64,000 nt of DNA. Source: Octopus bimaculoides (Eukaryota). Under the pieces are notes generated by a model. The model did no database searches and was not told the origin of the DNA. It saw nothing but the letters and a program-made list of their open reading frames with translations. This document shows positions 53,258-64,000 of this stretch, in pieces (position 1 is the first letter of the stretch; each line of letters begins with the position of its first letter). Made by a program: the position numbers and the translations under genes. The stretch lies in the NCBI RefSeq assembly GCF_001194135.2, contig NC_068981.1, positions 146,691,102 to 146,755,101 on the forward strand. The letters run 5' to 3'.

Positions 53258-53303
53258 GACACCTGATGAAGGCTGGAGGGTATATCAGCCGAAACGTTGT
53301 GTT
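53258..53303 (+). ncRNA. Minimal type I hammerhead ribozyme, intact core
   Basis: GACAC-CUGAUGA-A-GGCUG(GAGGGUAUAU)CAGCC-GAA-ACGU-U-GUGUU; predicted cut after GUU at 53298. Confidence 0.7.
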
Positions 53304-53989
53304 AACAACAAACAAGATGAGGAAAAATATCCGTCAATTGTAAATAATGTAAATAGTGTAAACTACAACTCATATGTTATTGCAGGATATCAGGTCATAC
53401 TCAGCTCAGAGACTTGGTCCAAATGGTTGCAACAGAGAGAACTCCACTAAAGGTACTGAAGAGCCAGGTGGTAGTATTAAACCAGGTGATAGATTAGATT
53501 TATCATCCAAGAACAGGCACAAGCAATCCAAAGGCTTTTCACAAAGTTTCTGTCTAACTGATTTCACTCACAAGGTCTGGGTTGACACAGTGCAATGGTA
53601 GAAGGCATTTGCCCAAGAAAACACACATTAGAATAAAATCTGGGAATTCTTAATCACACAGTCATAATACTTTCTGCTATAGGTACAAGGCCTGACATTT
53701 TTGGAGAAAGAGCTAACTGATTATACCAACCCCAGAACTCAACTGGAACTTATTTTATCTGTCCCAAAAGATGAAAGGCAAAGTTGACCTCTGAGGAACT
53801 TGAACTCAGAACGTTAAGATGGAAGATGTGCTACTAAGAATTTTTTCCATTGTGCTAACAATTCTGCCAGCTCACCACCTTAAATCACACAGCCATAATA
53901 ATTAAACTGATTGAAAGGAAGAGACAGAAAACCATTAGAATATTAACAAATTAGACCAAATTAAAATAATAACAAATTAAAATTCTTAC

Positions 53990-54199
53990 AATTTCATTCC
54001 CAATTGAGCATAAAGACAACATGGAACCAATCCTGTTTGAGATGTCTGTCATGGATGTTGAAGTTTCCCTTAAATCAATGTAAGAAAGAGACTTTGGTAT
54101 ATTTTCAGAGTCTTCTTTATTATTCTTATTCAGCAATGCAGCAAAATTGACTCCTGATTCCAAGAGCTTATCAAAGGAACCTTCTCCAACAAGCTTTCC
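53990..54199 (-). CDS. ABCC4: ABCC4-like exon, end of NBD1 and linker (GKLVGEGSFDKLLESGVNFAALL...IGNEI)
   Basis: tttcag/gtaag, 210 nt. Confidence 0.9.
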
Positions 54200-54234
54200 C
54201 TGAAAATGGAATGCATGAAAATCTTAAAATCATT

Positions 54235-54282
<48 letters not shown>

Positions 54283-56628
54283 CAGCAGCAGCAGCAGTTG
54301 TTGTTGTTGCAAGGGTCACGTAACATATGGGGATGTTTATACATGCAATAAATGGGATATGGGGGGAAAACAAAGTACAATACAATGAATGAGCTAAAAA
54401 ATTATTTAAACAGTTAGTAAAAGAACTCAAACACACAGAGGATGAGAAGTTTCTACTAAGAAAACATCAGGATATCCAAAATTTTGGCAATCTTCAGCAA
54501 ACAAGAGTCTCTAAGATTGCCCTTGATCATCTTCAGCCTCAGCCTGACATTCATTCCCCATCTCCTTAGTCAGTAATGTATTTATTTTGTCCTCTTGTAG
54601 GTTCAGAATCAAACCAAGTAGGCTCTAGTTCTCCTTTTAAATTTACATAAGGTTTAGGCATTCCAGAGGAGTTGTTGTCACTTTCCAAGGAACTTCCATT
54701 CATTTGCTTCCTTTTGCCATTTTTTTCTCTTGTTCTCCCCTATAGTTTCTCTCTATCTTCCAAGATCCATCTTCTCTCCATTATTGAAAGATGATGGGTT
54801 GTACCTTTGCACCATAATTTCTGGTAGTTCTGCACATGGAAGAACATAACCTTTAGCTTTACAGTGATCTACCTTAAAATATTTCAGACACTGAGAATGA
54901 AGCAGTCTTGTTTGTCTGTTTCTGTCCTGGAGCTGCAATTAGTGTTGCAACAATAAGTGGTACAGCCATGGTCTTCATTTCTTGAGCTCCATTTTCTTGT
55001 TTTGCCTTTCCTCTTCTTTTCAGCAGAAGTTCTCTCAAATGGCCTTATCACACATGTAGCACATGAACCTTCTACTTTGGATTCTCAATATGGCTGACCT
55101 TTTCTCTCCGCCCACTAAGGGATAAAACTCCAGGATTTCTATATGGTCATTGAGGTCATCAAGACCTGGATGTCAGCAAATCCCACCCAATGAAATGTTA
55201 TTTGGAGGCATCTCTTTACTCACAACCAGCCTGTTTTGTACTGCAAAAGGACAGCATTTGTACCAATGACTTTGAAAACCAGAGGTATGTCACTTCCTTC
55301 TGACTGCTTCTTAGGGAAATTCCACAGGCAGAAAGGTACTATTTTTTATAACATACTTCTACACTTGTTTTGCTTGAAGTCGGCTCAAACAAAGTACCAC
55401 TCTTTGACTTACAACACTAGCAAAAGATGAGCTATTGTTGCTGTTGATGGTGGTGGTGGTAGCACTTTTGTTATTGTCATTTAAGTACCTCTCAAATTGT
55501 AACTCTTTATTTTTACCATTTAGTCAGAAAGGGAAAGACAGCACTCAGAATCCTTTATTTTTCAGGGCTTCCAAAACTGATGGGAGAAAAAGCAGAAGTT
55601 ATCCTCAGACTGGAAATCTGATATGAATATTTGCAACAGAATGAACTCCAGTAAAACACTCCAACTCTGTGTTTATAACTGTGTATGCCTGTTTAATTGT
55701 CATATTTTTCTTTTTTTTAATTTAATGCTTTCAAAAAATTCTTTCGGTGGTGAAGGTGTCATGTTCACTGCTATTGCAGCAAACACCTTCTATTGCTACC
55801 ATATTTGTGGCCATTTTGCTTCACATCTCATCATCATCATCGTCATTGTAATCATTGTTTAATATCCATGTTTGCAGGGGTTGGATGGAATATGTGAAGG
55901 TGGGTTTCTCTACAGCCAGATGCCCTTCCTGTTGCCAACCCTCACTTGTTTCCAAATAAGATAACAGTCCCTGTTATGTTTTCATGAAAGACTGGAAATG
56001 AAAGACACTACTTGCATGATGGTGACATTCGTTTTCAATTATCTCATGAAGTCAAGGCAAGGAGACAGTAGTACACACACACACACACACCCACATACCC
56101 ATGCTCACACATATGGATGCATGCACACACACACACACACACACACATGATGGGCTTCTTTCAGTTTTCATCAACTAAACCCAATCACAAGGCTCTGGTT
56201 GGCCTGAGGCTATAGTAGAAGACACTTGCCCAAGGTAGACTGAACCTGAGACCATGTGGTTGGAAAGCAAACTTCTTACCACACAGCCACACCTGCATCT
56301 AAATAGTACAAATGGGTATCATGCAGACATTAAAAGTAATGTTTAGACAAATTTTCTTTTCCACCCCAGATAATGAATCACCATTGTCAATGAGAAACAG
56401 AAACCCTTTTTTGTCCATATATGACCAGATATGTTATCCAGTTCTGCATGTTCAACAACAGCCCAGTTCTGTATGTCCTGCACAGGTTAGGTACAAACTG
56501 AACCTTCATGTTCTCTTATTTAAACATTTCACCTTAGATTGCTTACAAGCAGTTAATTACAAACAGGGTGTAAAGTTACTTTAAATTAAGGCACAGCAAA
56601 TTTTTAATTTATCATTAAATAAGTATAC

Positions 56629-56725
56629 CTGGTCAAGGATTATAATGTGGTCAGCATCTGGCAAAAACTGTAATTGATGGGTCACTAAAATACGTGGTTT
56701 GTCTTTTAAGTATCCATTGATGCAA
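56629..56725 (-). CDS. ABCC4: ABCC4-like exon, NBD1 H-loop ([32 protein letters not shown])
   Basis: tatag/gtata, 97 nt, phase 2/0; not in the ORF track, translated by hand. Confidence 0.93.
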
Positions 56726-59404
56726 CTATAATTAGGAAAGAAAGAAAGAGAGAGAGAGAGAGAGCAATTGATTAGATGAACCCTGAGGTAAAATAGATCT
56801 TAACTTTTATATTTATTAATTAGTCAAAGAAGGGAGGGATGTGATCATGACTTTTACAAGCTCACTTAGATTGAGGTCAATAATATTCAGCTTGGTTTAT
56901 TCTGTTGATCATACTTTCAAAACTAACCAACTTTGTGTTCAAATTCACCTATAGTGTCTGTTTCACTTTACTATTTTATTTCCCTCTTTTTGTTTTTGTA
57001 TCTTTTTTTTAAGAAAAATTATTATGATCTCAATTCATCATCATCATCATCGTTTAACGTCCGCTTTCCATGCTAGCATGGGTTGAACGATTTGACTGAG
57101 GACTGGTGAAACCGGATGGCTACAGCAGGCTCCAATCTGATTTGGCAGAGTTTCTACAGCTGGATGCCCTTCCTAACCTCAACCACTCTGAGAGTGTAGT
57201 GGGTGCTTTTACGTGCCACCAGCACGAGGACAGTCAGGCGGTACTGGCAACGGCCACGCTCAAATAGTGTATTTTATGTGCCACCCGCACAAGAGCCAGT
57301 CCAGGGGCACTGGCAACGATCTCGCTCGAAAGTCCATTACTCATGCCATGGGCACAAGTGCCAGAAAGGCGACGCTGGGCACAGGTGCCATCCCAATTTC
57401 GCTTTCGCTTGCCTCAATAAGTCTTCACAAGCTGGGAAAGCATATTTAGCCTAAATATCTTTCTCTTCGGCACAGTCTTCAGCACACACACACACACAAA
57501 AAAGTTAAATTTTATTATAGCACCAGCTGTACAAAAGGTAACCTTCCTCTCAAAATTAATGGCCATGTGCCTAAATCAGAAACATCAGAATCATTAGCAT
57601 TTCTTCTGGTTCTTTACATTCTGAGTTCAAATCCCACTGAGGTCAACTTTACCTTTCATCTTTTCAGGGTTGATAAAATAAAGTACCAGTCAAAGTAATC
57701 AACAAATTCCTTCCCCTAAAATTGCAGGCCTTGTGCTAAAATTAGAAAAAAATACAGGTGTTTTCGGAATACCTGGAATCTTGTAGCCTTTGGTACCAAG
57801 CTACTTGTTTTCTTCAAGAATCAAATACTTGCCTGACAATTTTTGCCATGCCCAGGAGGCAAATTTTTTGCAACAGCTCTACTGGACACTCTATTTCTAT
57901 TTTCTTAAGATGAAACATAGTAATTCTAGTTAAAGCTGATCGCTTACTGCCTCATAGTAAATACACATACATATTCGCATACCTATGTGCACACATATAC
58001 ACTCACGGCATGTCCATAATATCAGCATAGGTATACACACACACATACATATTTCTGTATGCAAAAAAGAAGATATACAAAGATCACAAAGTTAAGGAAA
58101 TATATAAAAATAAATTCGTTCTTTTTTTCTATTTATTTTAATCCTTTCCTATGTTTTTTGAAATGACATGTTAATTCAAAAAACATAGCAAAAAGATTAA
58201 AATAAATAGGAAGAAAAAAAGAACAAATTTATCTGAGAACCAATAGAAAATGTTCTAACAACTATTAGCATTTATTCACAATAACAAGGGAAGATATTTT
58301 AACAATGTAACTCCTTATTCACTTGGTCTACAAATAAGATAGGACGGTCAGAGCTCTAATCAGTGGAATAGCTAATAGGAGAGCAAGGGGAGTAACCACT
58401 ACCTCAGCCCAGCACATTTTTCTAAATTGACACCATTTTAATAATTGAGAAATAAATTAAAAATTGTTTGGTATGTGTCACAACACCTTTTTTTTTTATG
58501 TGCTTGCTCCCAATAACTTTAGAACCCTGCTAAGCCTCTGGCTCTAATGCCTTTGTTCTGTGAGATCAGGAGCCAAAAGCTATAAAAACAGCATCATCGT
58601 TCATCGTTTAACGTCCCCTTTCCATGCTAGCATGGGTTGGACCATTTGACTGAGGACTAGTGAAACCAGATGGCAACACCAGGCTCCAATCTAATTTGGC
58701 AGAGTTTCTACAGCTGGATGCCCTTCCTAATGCCAACCACTCAGAGAGTGTAGTGGGTGCGTTTACGTGTCACCCGCACGAGGGCCAGTCAGGCGGTACT
58801 GGCAACGGCCATGCTCAAAATGGTGTCTTTTATGTGCCACCTGCACAAGAGCCAGTCCAGGGGCACTGGCAACGATCTCACTTGGCTTGCCGGGTCTTCT
58901 TAGCATACACTATTTTTAATGCCATTGTCAACATTAACCTCAGTACCTGAGTTACACCGTCTATGACCACCTAGTCCGATTGGTATGTCACCAAAGAAAC
59001 AAAAATTCATGTGATTATTTGACCTGTTAAAAACAGTAGCTAAATTCTCTCAAATCACACATTACTGTCTGAAAAATTAGGAAGACCACATTGTATGATG
59101 TACTCCTGGATAAACCATGGCTGAATAAAAAGGAGGTGATTATGGCTGGAACACTTTAGATCATAAATCTGCATAAATCCAGGTAGGAATAAGGATAAAC
59201 AGCAACAATCACCATACAACAATACAGTAAAAACAAAAAAGAAGAAAAGTTAATGTAAACAAAATGTAATTTGATGGAGAGAAAGAAATTGAGGAATAGG
59301 TGAGTGGGAAAAAGAGAGAGAGAGAGAGTAAGAGAGTGAAAGAGAGCAGAAAAAAAAAGACAAACACACATACTACACAAATAAGAATAAACATGGAAAA
59401 CTTA

Positions 59405-59662
<258 letters not shown>

Positions 59663-59696
59663 TTATACACAAAAGGATCATACATGAGTATGTGTG

Positions 59697-60210
59697 TATA
59701 CTCTTTTACTCTTTTACTTGTTTCAGTCATCTGACTGCGGCCATGCTGGAGCACCGCCTTTAGTCGAGCAAATCGACCCTAGGACTTATTCTTTGGAAGC
59801 CTAGTACTTATTCTATCAGTCTCTTTTACCGAACCGCTAAGTCACTGGGATGTAAACACACTAGCATTGGTTGTCAAGCGATGTTGGGGGGACAAACACA
59901 GACACACACACATACATATATATATATATANNNNNNNNNNNNNNNNNNNNNNNNNNNNNNNNNNNNNNNNNNNNNNNNNNNNNNNNNNNNNNNNNNNNNN
60001 NNNNNNNNNNNNNNNNNNNNNNNNNNNNNNNNNNNNNNNNNNNCGACGGGCTTCTTTCAGTTTCCGTCTACCAAATCCACTCACAAGGCTTTGGTCGGCC
60101 CGAGGCTATAGTAGAAGACACTTGCCCAAGGTGTCATGCAGTAGGACTGAACCCAGAACCATGTGGTTGGTAAGCAAGCTACTTACCATACAGCCACTCC
60201 TGCGCCTATG
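59697..60210 (-). mobile_element. Young full-length SINE family A (gap inside its (TA)n)
   Basis: Reverse complement of 48283-48700. Confidence 0.9.
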
Positions 60211-60484
60211 TATAAATATGTGGATATATATATTTTATTTATTTATTTATTTATTAATAATCTTATGACCTGGTAGCTTGTACCAAGCTTTAAATTGTTT
60301 TAGGCGGCCTGTGTAGTTGCTGATATCTTCTTGGCCCTCCCAACTTGACCCAGTGTGACAAATAGGATGTAACAGCTGGAGAGAGAGAGAAAACAGCATG
60401 TGAAATGAAGTACTTCGCTCAAAGTCACAATGTGGTGTCCAGTTCAGGGAGCAAACCCATGGCCTTGTAAGCTTTTATGCACAA

Positions 60485-60800
60485 GTCTGTGTGTGTGTGT
60501 GAGAGAGTGTGTGTGCACACGTGTGTGTCTGTGTGTGCATGTGTGTGTGTATGTGTGTGTGCGTGTGTATGTGTGTGTGTGTGTGTCTGTGTGTGTGTGT
60601 GTATGTGTGTGTATGTGTGCATGTGCGCATGTATGTGTGTGCACGTATGTGTGTGTATGTATGTGTGTCTGGGAGTGCATGTGTGCACGTATGTGCCTGT
60701 GTGTGCATGTGTGTGTGTGCGCATATGTTTGTGTCTGTGAGTGTGTGTGTGTGTCTGTGTGTGTATGTGTGTGCACATGTGTCTCTGTGTGTGCATGTGT
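60485..60800. repeat. Long compound (GT)n/(GTGC)/(GTAT) microsatellite
   Basis: Read directly; other simple repeats at 45-170, 780-860, 2572-2624, 26635-26682, 54235-54280 and 63781-63855. Confidence 0.95.
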
Positions 60801-61009
60801 ATATTTTGAATTTATATGCAGTATAATTAAAATGGGAAATGTGAAAGCAAAAAAACTTGGTGATAGAGTAAAACTGTTCAGAAAATTGAATTCACCACAT
60901 CAAAATTAATTTTTAAAAAAACACCTATTCACATCCTTGCCTCAGAGCAAAAAAAGTTTTTGTAAACCAGTGTAATTAGCTATTTATTTGCTACATACAA
61001 TATATTTAC

Positions 61010-61201
61010 CTTTTCAAGAGCACAGGCTTTGAGAATTCCTTTATATCTTTTCTCTTCATATTTCTTCCCAAAAACTATGTTCTGTCTGAGTGATGCTGAG
61101 AACACCCATGGTTTTTGAGCAACATATCCAACTGTTCCATTTACTGTTAACTTCCCAGATAAAACAGGTAGCTCATGTAATATACACATTAGAAGTGAAG
61201 A
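61010..61201 (-). CDS. ABCC4: ABCC4-like exon, NBD1 (SSLLMCILHE...YVAQKPWVFSASLRQNIVFG...ACALEK)
   Basis: tttacag/gtaaat, 192 nt, contains Q-loop. Confidence 0.95.
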
Positions 61202-61776
61202 CTGTAAAAAAGGAATTGGTAAAATACAGTAAATAAACATATATACATATAAATAAAATTTCAAATAAAACACAAGTTCTTTGAATATAACTTGAATTTG
61301 GAGAAAGAGAGAAAGAGTAATAAATTAAATTTTTAAGGATTAATCTGATTGAATTAAGAATACATTTGAGAAATTAAGAGCTGATAAAGAAAATATATCT
61401 TAAAAACAGAGTTTCAAAATGTAAAACAATAAATAAATTATTTAGATTAGAGGAGTTATTGTTGTTGCTGCTGTTGTTATTGTTGTTGTTTAACATTAGC
61501 CCAGACCTGATCACACAAAGCTATTTATCAGAAAAATTTACGCCATGATTATCTAGTCTTTTCAGACAGTTTCTCTCAGACTATTTTATCCAATATATCC
61601 TTCCTTTTTCATCTCACACACAAAAAAACCCCCCCAAAAAAGCAAAGAGATAAGGATATGATCTAATAGAAATTTGCCTGCTATTTCTAGGATATTCAAC
61701 AATCAGGTAGATACTCTCTCATTGGCTTCACATGTTTGCTATGTTATGAGACGAAGTTGAAACTGTTGCTCTAGAT

Positions 61777-62057
61777 CAGTGATCCTCAACCATTTTTACT
61801 TATGGACCCCTTTGATTCTTATTTTACTCAGTGGAGGAGGGACCCTCATAGCCATTCAACATCTTAAAATTCCCATTAAATTTTTATGACTAAATATTAT
61901 TAAGAATTGTATAAAAAAAAGTTGTTAAAATATTTTGTGTATTGTAGAAGTATAACCAATTTGTTGCAGATAAATCTTAACAACAAAATCTTAAATGGAC
62001 CTCCAAGGGCCATATAAATTCACCAAGGATCATATGGGCCCCAGTTGAGAACCACTG
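61777..62057. mobile_element. hAT MITE
   Basis: CAGTGATCCTCAACC / AGTTGAGAACCACTG; flanks CTCTAGAT / CTCAAGCT. Confidence 0.7.
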
Positions 62058-62213
62058 CTCAAGCTTATTACTACCAATTCTGATCACTATATTTAAACAT
62101 TTATATCATTATCTTATATTTTTATATTTCAGCATGCCCATTTTATTATTATTATTATTATTATTTTTTGCTTGCCAAATAAACACATGCACAATATATT
62201 AATTCTACACTTG

Positions 62214-62606
62214 TTTATTATTGTTCTTATTTTATCTTATGTCTATTATTTGAAAATCTTTTGTCACACATCTGTGACCTCTTCAGCAACTCTTCCATCC
62301 ATGTGAATCCTCCTGAGAACAGGAGAATACACATGAATGAAAAAGTTGCTGTTCTCAGGAGGATACACATGGGTAGAAGAGTAGCTGAAGAGGTAACAAA
62401 TGTATGACAAAAGATTTCCCGACAATGGACATGAGATAAAATAAGAACAATAATAAATGAATTGTGAATGATATGTGCAATACAATTAAAGAATAAATTT
62501 TCATACTTCAAAAAACAAACACAAAAAATTTAAGAAAAAATTACAATTAATAAATAATTTATAAGTATTTTAAAATAGGGAGTTACTTTTAAATCACCCT
62601 GTATAT
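62214..62606. mobile_element. Foldback (arms 62214-62322 and 62349-62457) next to a Tc1/mariner-type end
   Basis: Imperfect inverted repeat of about 109 bp; AAATCACCCTGTATA at about 62592-62606. Confidence 0.65.
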
Positions 62607-62924
62607 ACACCATTGACATGCCTGGTGCTGTGGCTTTTACCTGAGAGAAAATCTCTATACAAAGTTCAAAAGCACAATGTATATCAGAGCAAGAAGAACA
62701 TCAGTGTAGTGATCCATGAGAATGTCAGATATCTCTTAGCTTCCCTGAGCTTTGTCAGTGACATGTATTCACAAGTGACATACCCTGACAAAATCTGTAC
62801 ACACCCCATGTATAATATATAACATTACACACAGCAAACGTATGTGATGTTTATATCTAACAATAGTGTAAAATATATACAACGAGAATATATGTTAATA
62901 TATTACAACAGTATACAATATTAC

Positions 62925-63020
62925 CTTTCCAGCTCCAACTGGACCAACAACTGCTAACAACTGATTGTCATTTAAAGAAACAGAAATATCATCCAGAATC
63001 ATGTTGTTTGAGTTTGATTC
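62925..63020 (-). CDS. ABCC4: ABCC4-like exon, NBD1 Walker A (ESNSNNMILDDISVSLNDNQLLAVVGPVGAGK)
   Basis: ttcttag acceptor, gtaa donor, 96 nt, phase 0/0. Confidence 0.92.
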
Positions 63021-63119
63021 CTAAGAAAGAAAAAAGAAAAGAAGAAAGAAATGTATTAAATCAAAAGGTATTTTAGGTATTGTTTCTGCCTTCTGTAGCT
63101 TGACAATTGACAAGACCCT

Positions 63120-63510
63120 TAACCCCTGGGGGGCGTTGGGGCACTGCAGCCATGCAGTGTATCTAAGGCGAGAAAGCCTGATGGAGCCTATCTCTTTCCA
63201 GGCTAAACTCCTTTCTACAGTTGAGTGGACTGGAACAAAGCGAAATGAAGTGATTTGCTCAAGAACACAACAGATTGCCCAGTCTAGGGATTGAAACTTC
63301 GATCTTAAAGTCATGAATCCAACACCCTAACCACTAAGTGATGTGCCTCCACTAGTGGTACTCATTTCTACAGCTGAGTGAACAGGAAAGGAACAATGTG
63401 AAGTGAAGTGTTTTTGCTCAAGAGCACAACACATTGCCTGGTCCAGGAATCAAAACCACAATCTTACGATCATGAGTCCAGCACCCTAACCACTAAGCCA
63501 CATGCCTTCT
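63120..63510 (-). mobile_element. Two tandem tRNA-derived SINE copies (family E; also 39125-39320 and 60330-60470)
   Basis: CTGAGTGGACTGGAACAA..GAAATGAAGTG..TTGCTCAAG..CCCTAACCACTAAG. Confidence 0.7.
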
Positions 63511-63560
63511 GTAGTTTAGAAAGTGAAAAATCATACAATATTTCACAGAAGTTTACAAGA

Positions 63561-63633
63561 GCCCTGCTGCCTCAATTGGTAGAACATGAGCGTCTTGATC
63601 TCAAGGTTGTGGGTTCAAGTCCCTTACAGGGAC
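63561..63633 (+). pseudogene. tRNA-Lys(CTT) pseudogene or tRNA-Lys-derived SINE head
   Basis: 73 nt aligning without gaps to the canonical tRNA-Lys(CTT); CTT anticodon kept, but G1:A72, C7:A66 and anticodon-stem mismatches. Confidence 0.65.
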
Positions 63634-63775
63634 ATGACTGTGCAGTTAATAACCCAGCTTTGCAACCATGTGGTTTTGGGTTCAGTCCCACACTGTGTGG
63701 CATCTCCAGCAAGTGTCTTTGGCTTCAGGCCAACCAATACCTTGTGAGTGTATAAGGTAGACAGGTACTGTGTAG

Positions 63776-63856
<81 letters not shown>

Positions 63857-64000
63857 TAAGAAGTTTGTTTCCCAACCAAATGGTTCTGAGTTCAGATCCA
63901 CCACAAGGTACCTTGGGCAAATGTCTTCCTGAGCCAACCAAAGCCCTGTGAATGATTTTGGTAGGTGAAAACTTAAAGAGACCAGTCAAATATATAAGTA

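Larger units (their letters stand above)
53097..53359 (-). mobile_element. Hammerhead-bearing palindromic element (internally deleted copy of the 12025 family)
   Basis: Perfect 13-bp TSD AAACTACAACTCA at 53084-53096 and 53360-53372; same terminus TATAGAAC as the 12025 copy. Confidence 0.85.

Noticed and set aside
60425-60909. Several HT/CV-repeat ORFs (also at 6-200, 689-996, 26472-26688 and 63624-63989)
   Set aside because: Microsatellite translation artefacts.

Overview
AT-rich, repeat-dense animal genomic DNA with five N gaps. The SINE, RTE and MITE families look like those of an octopus (coleoid) genome; this is an inference. The only well-supported protein-coding gene is the 3' two-thirds of an ABCC4/MRP4-like ABC transporter on the minus strand. 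I traced 17 GT-AG exons by hand from 63020 to the stop at 28724, in one continuous frame of 916 aa (NBD1-linker-TMD2-NBD2); the 5' part lies beyond the window. The rest is introns and intergenic DNA filled with tRNA-derived SINEs, RTE LINE relics and tails, a HERO-like LINE relic, and mariner, hAT and piggyBac-type MITEs and foldbacks. The best candidate for an undescribed system is a small TSD-flanked mobile element family with three copies (12025-12449, 49732-49909, 53097-53359). It joins a tRNA-like Pol III A/B-box module to a minimal type I hammerhead ribozyme (CUGAUGA...GAAACGUU). Two copies show a Penelope-style layout (complete 3' end plus inverted partial copy), and the third looks like a twin-primed poly(A) insertion. 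Other notable items: a 97.5% identical local inverted duplication just past the ABCC4 3' end, a perfect 68-bp-arm intronic hairpin, inverted SINEs placed for back-splicing, and a CpG-retaining ETS/YY1 promoter-like domain with no assigned gene. Identities and coordinates were read by eye; repeat boundaries are approximate unless a TSD or TIR is quoted.
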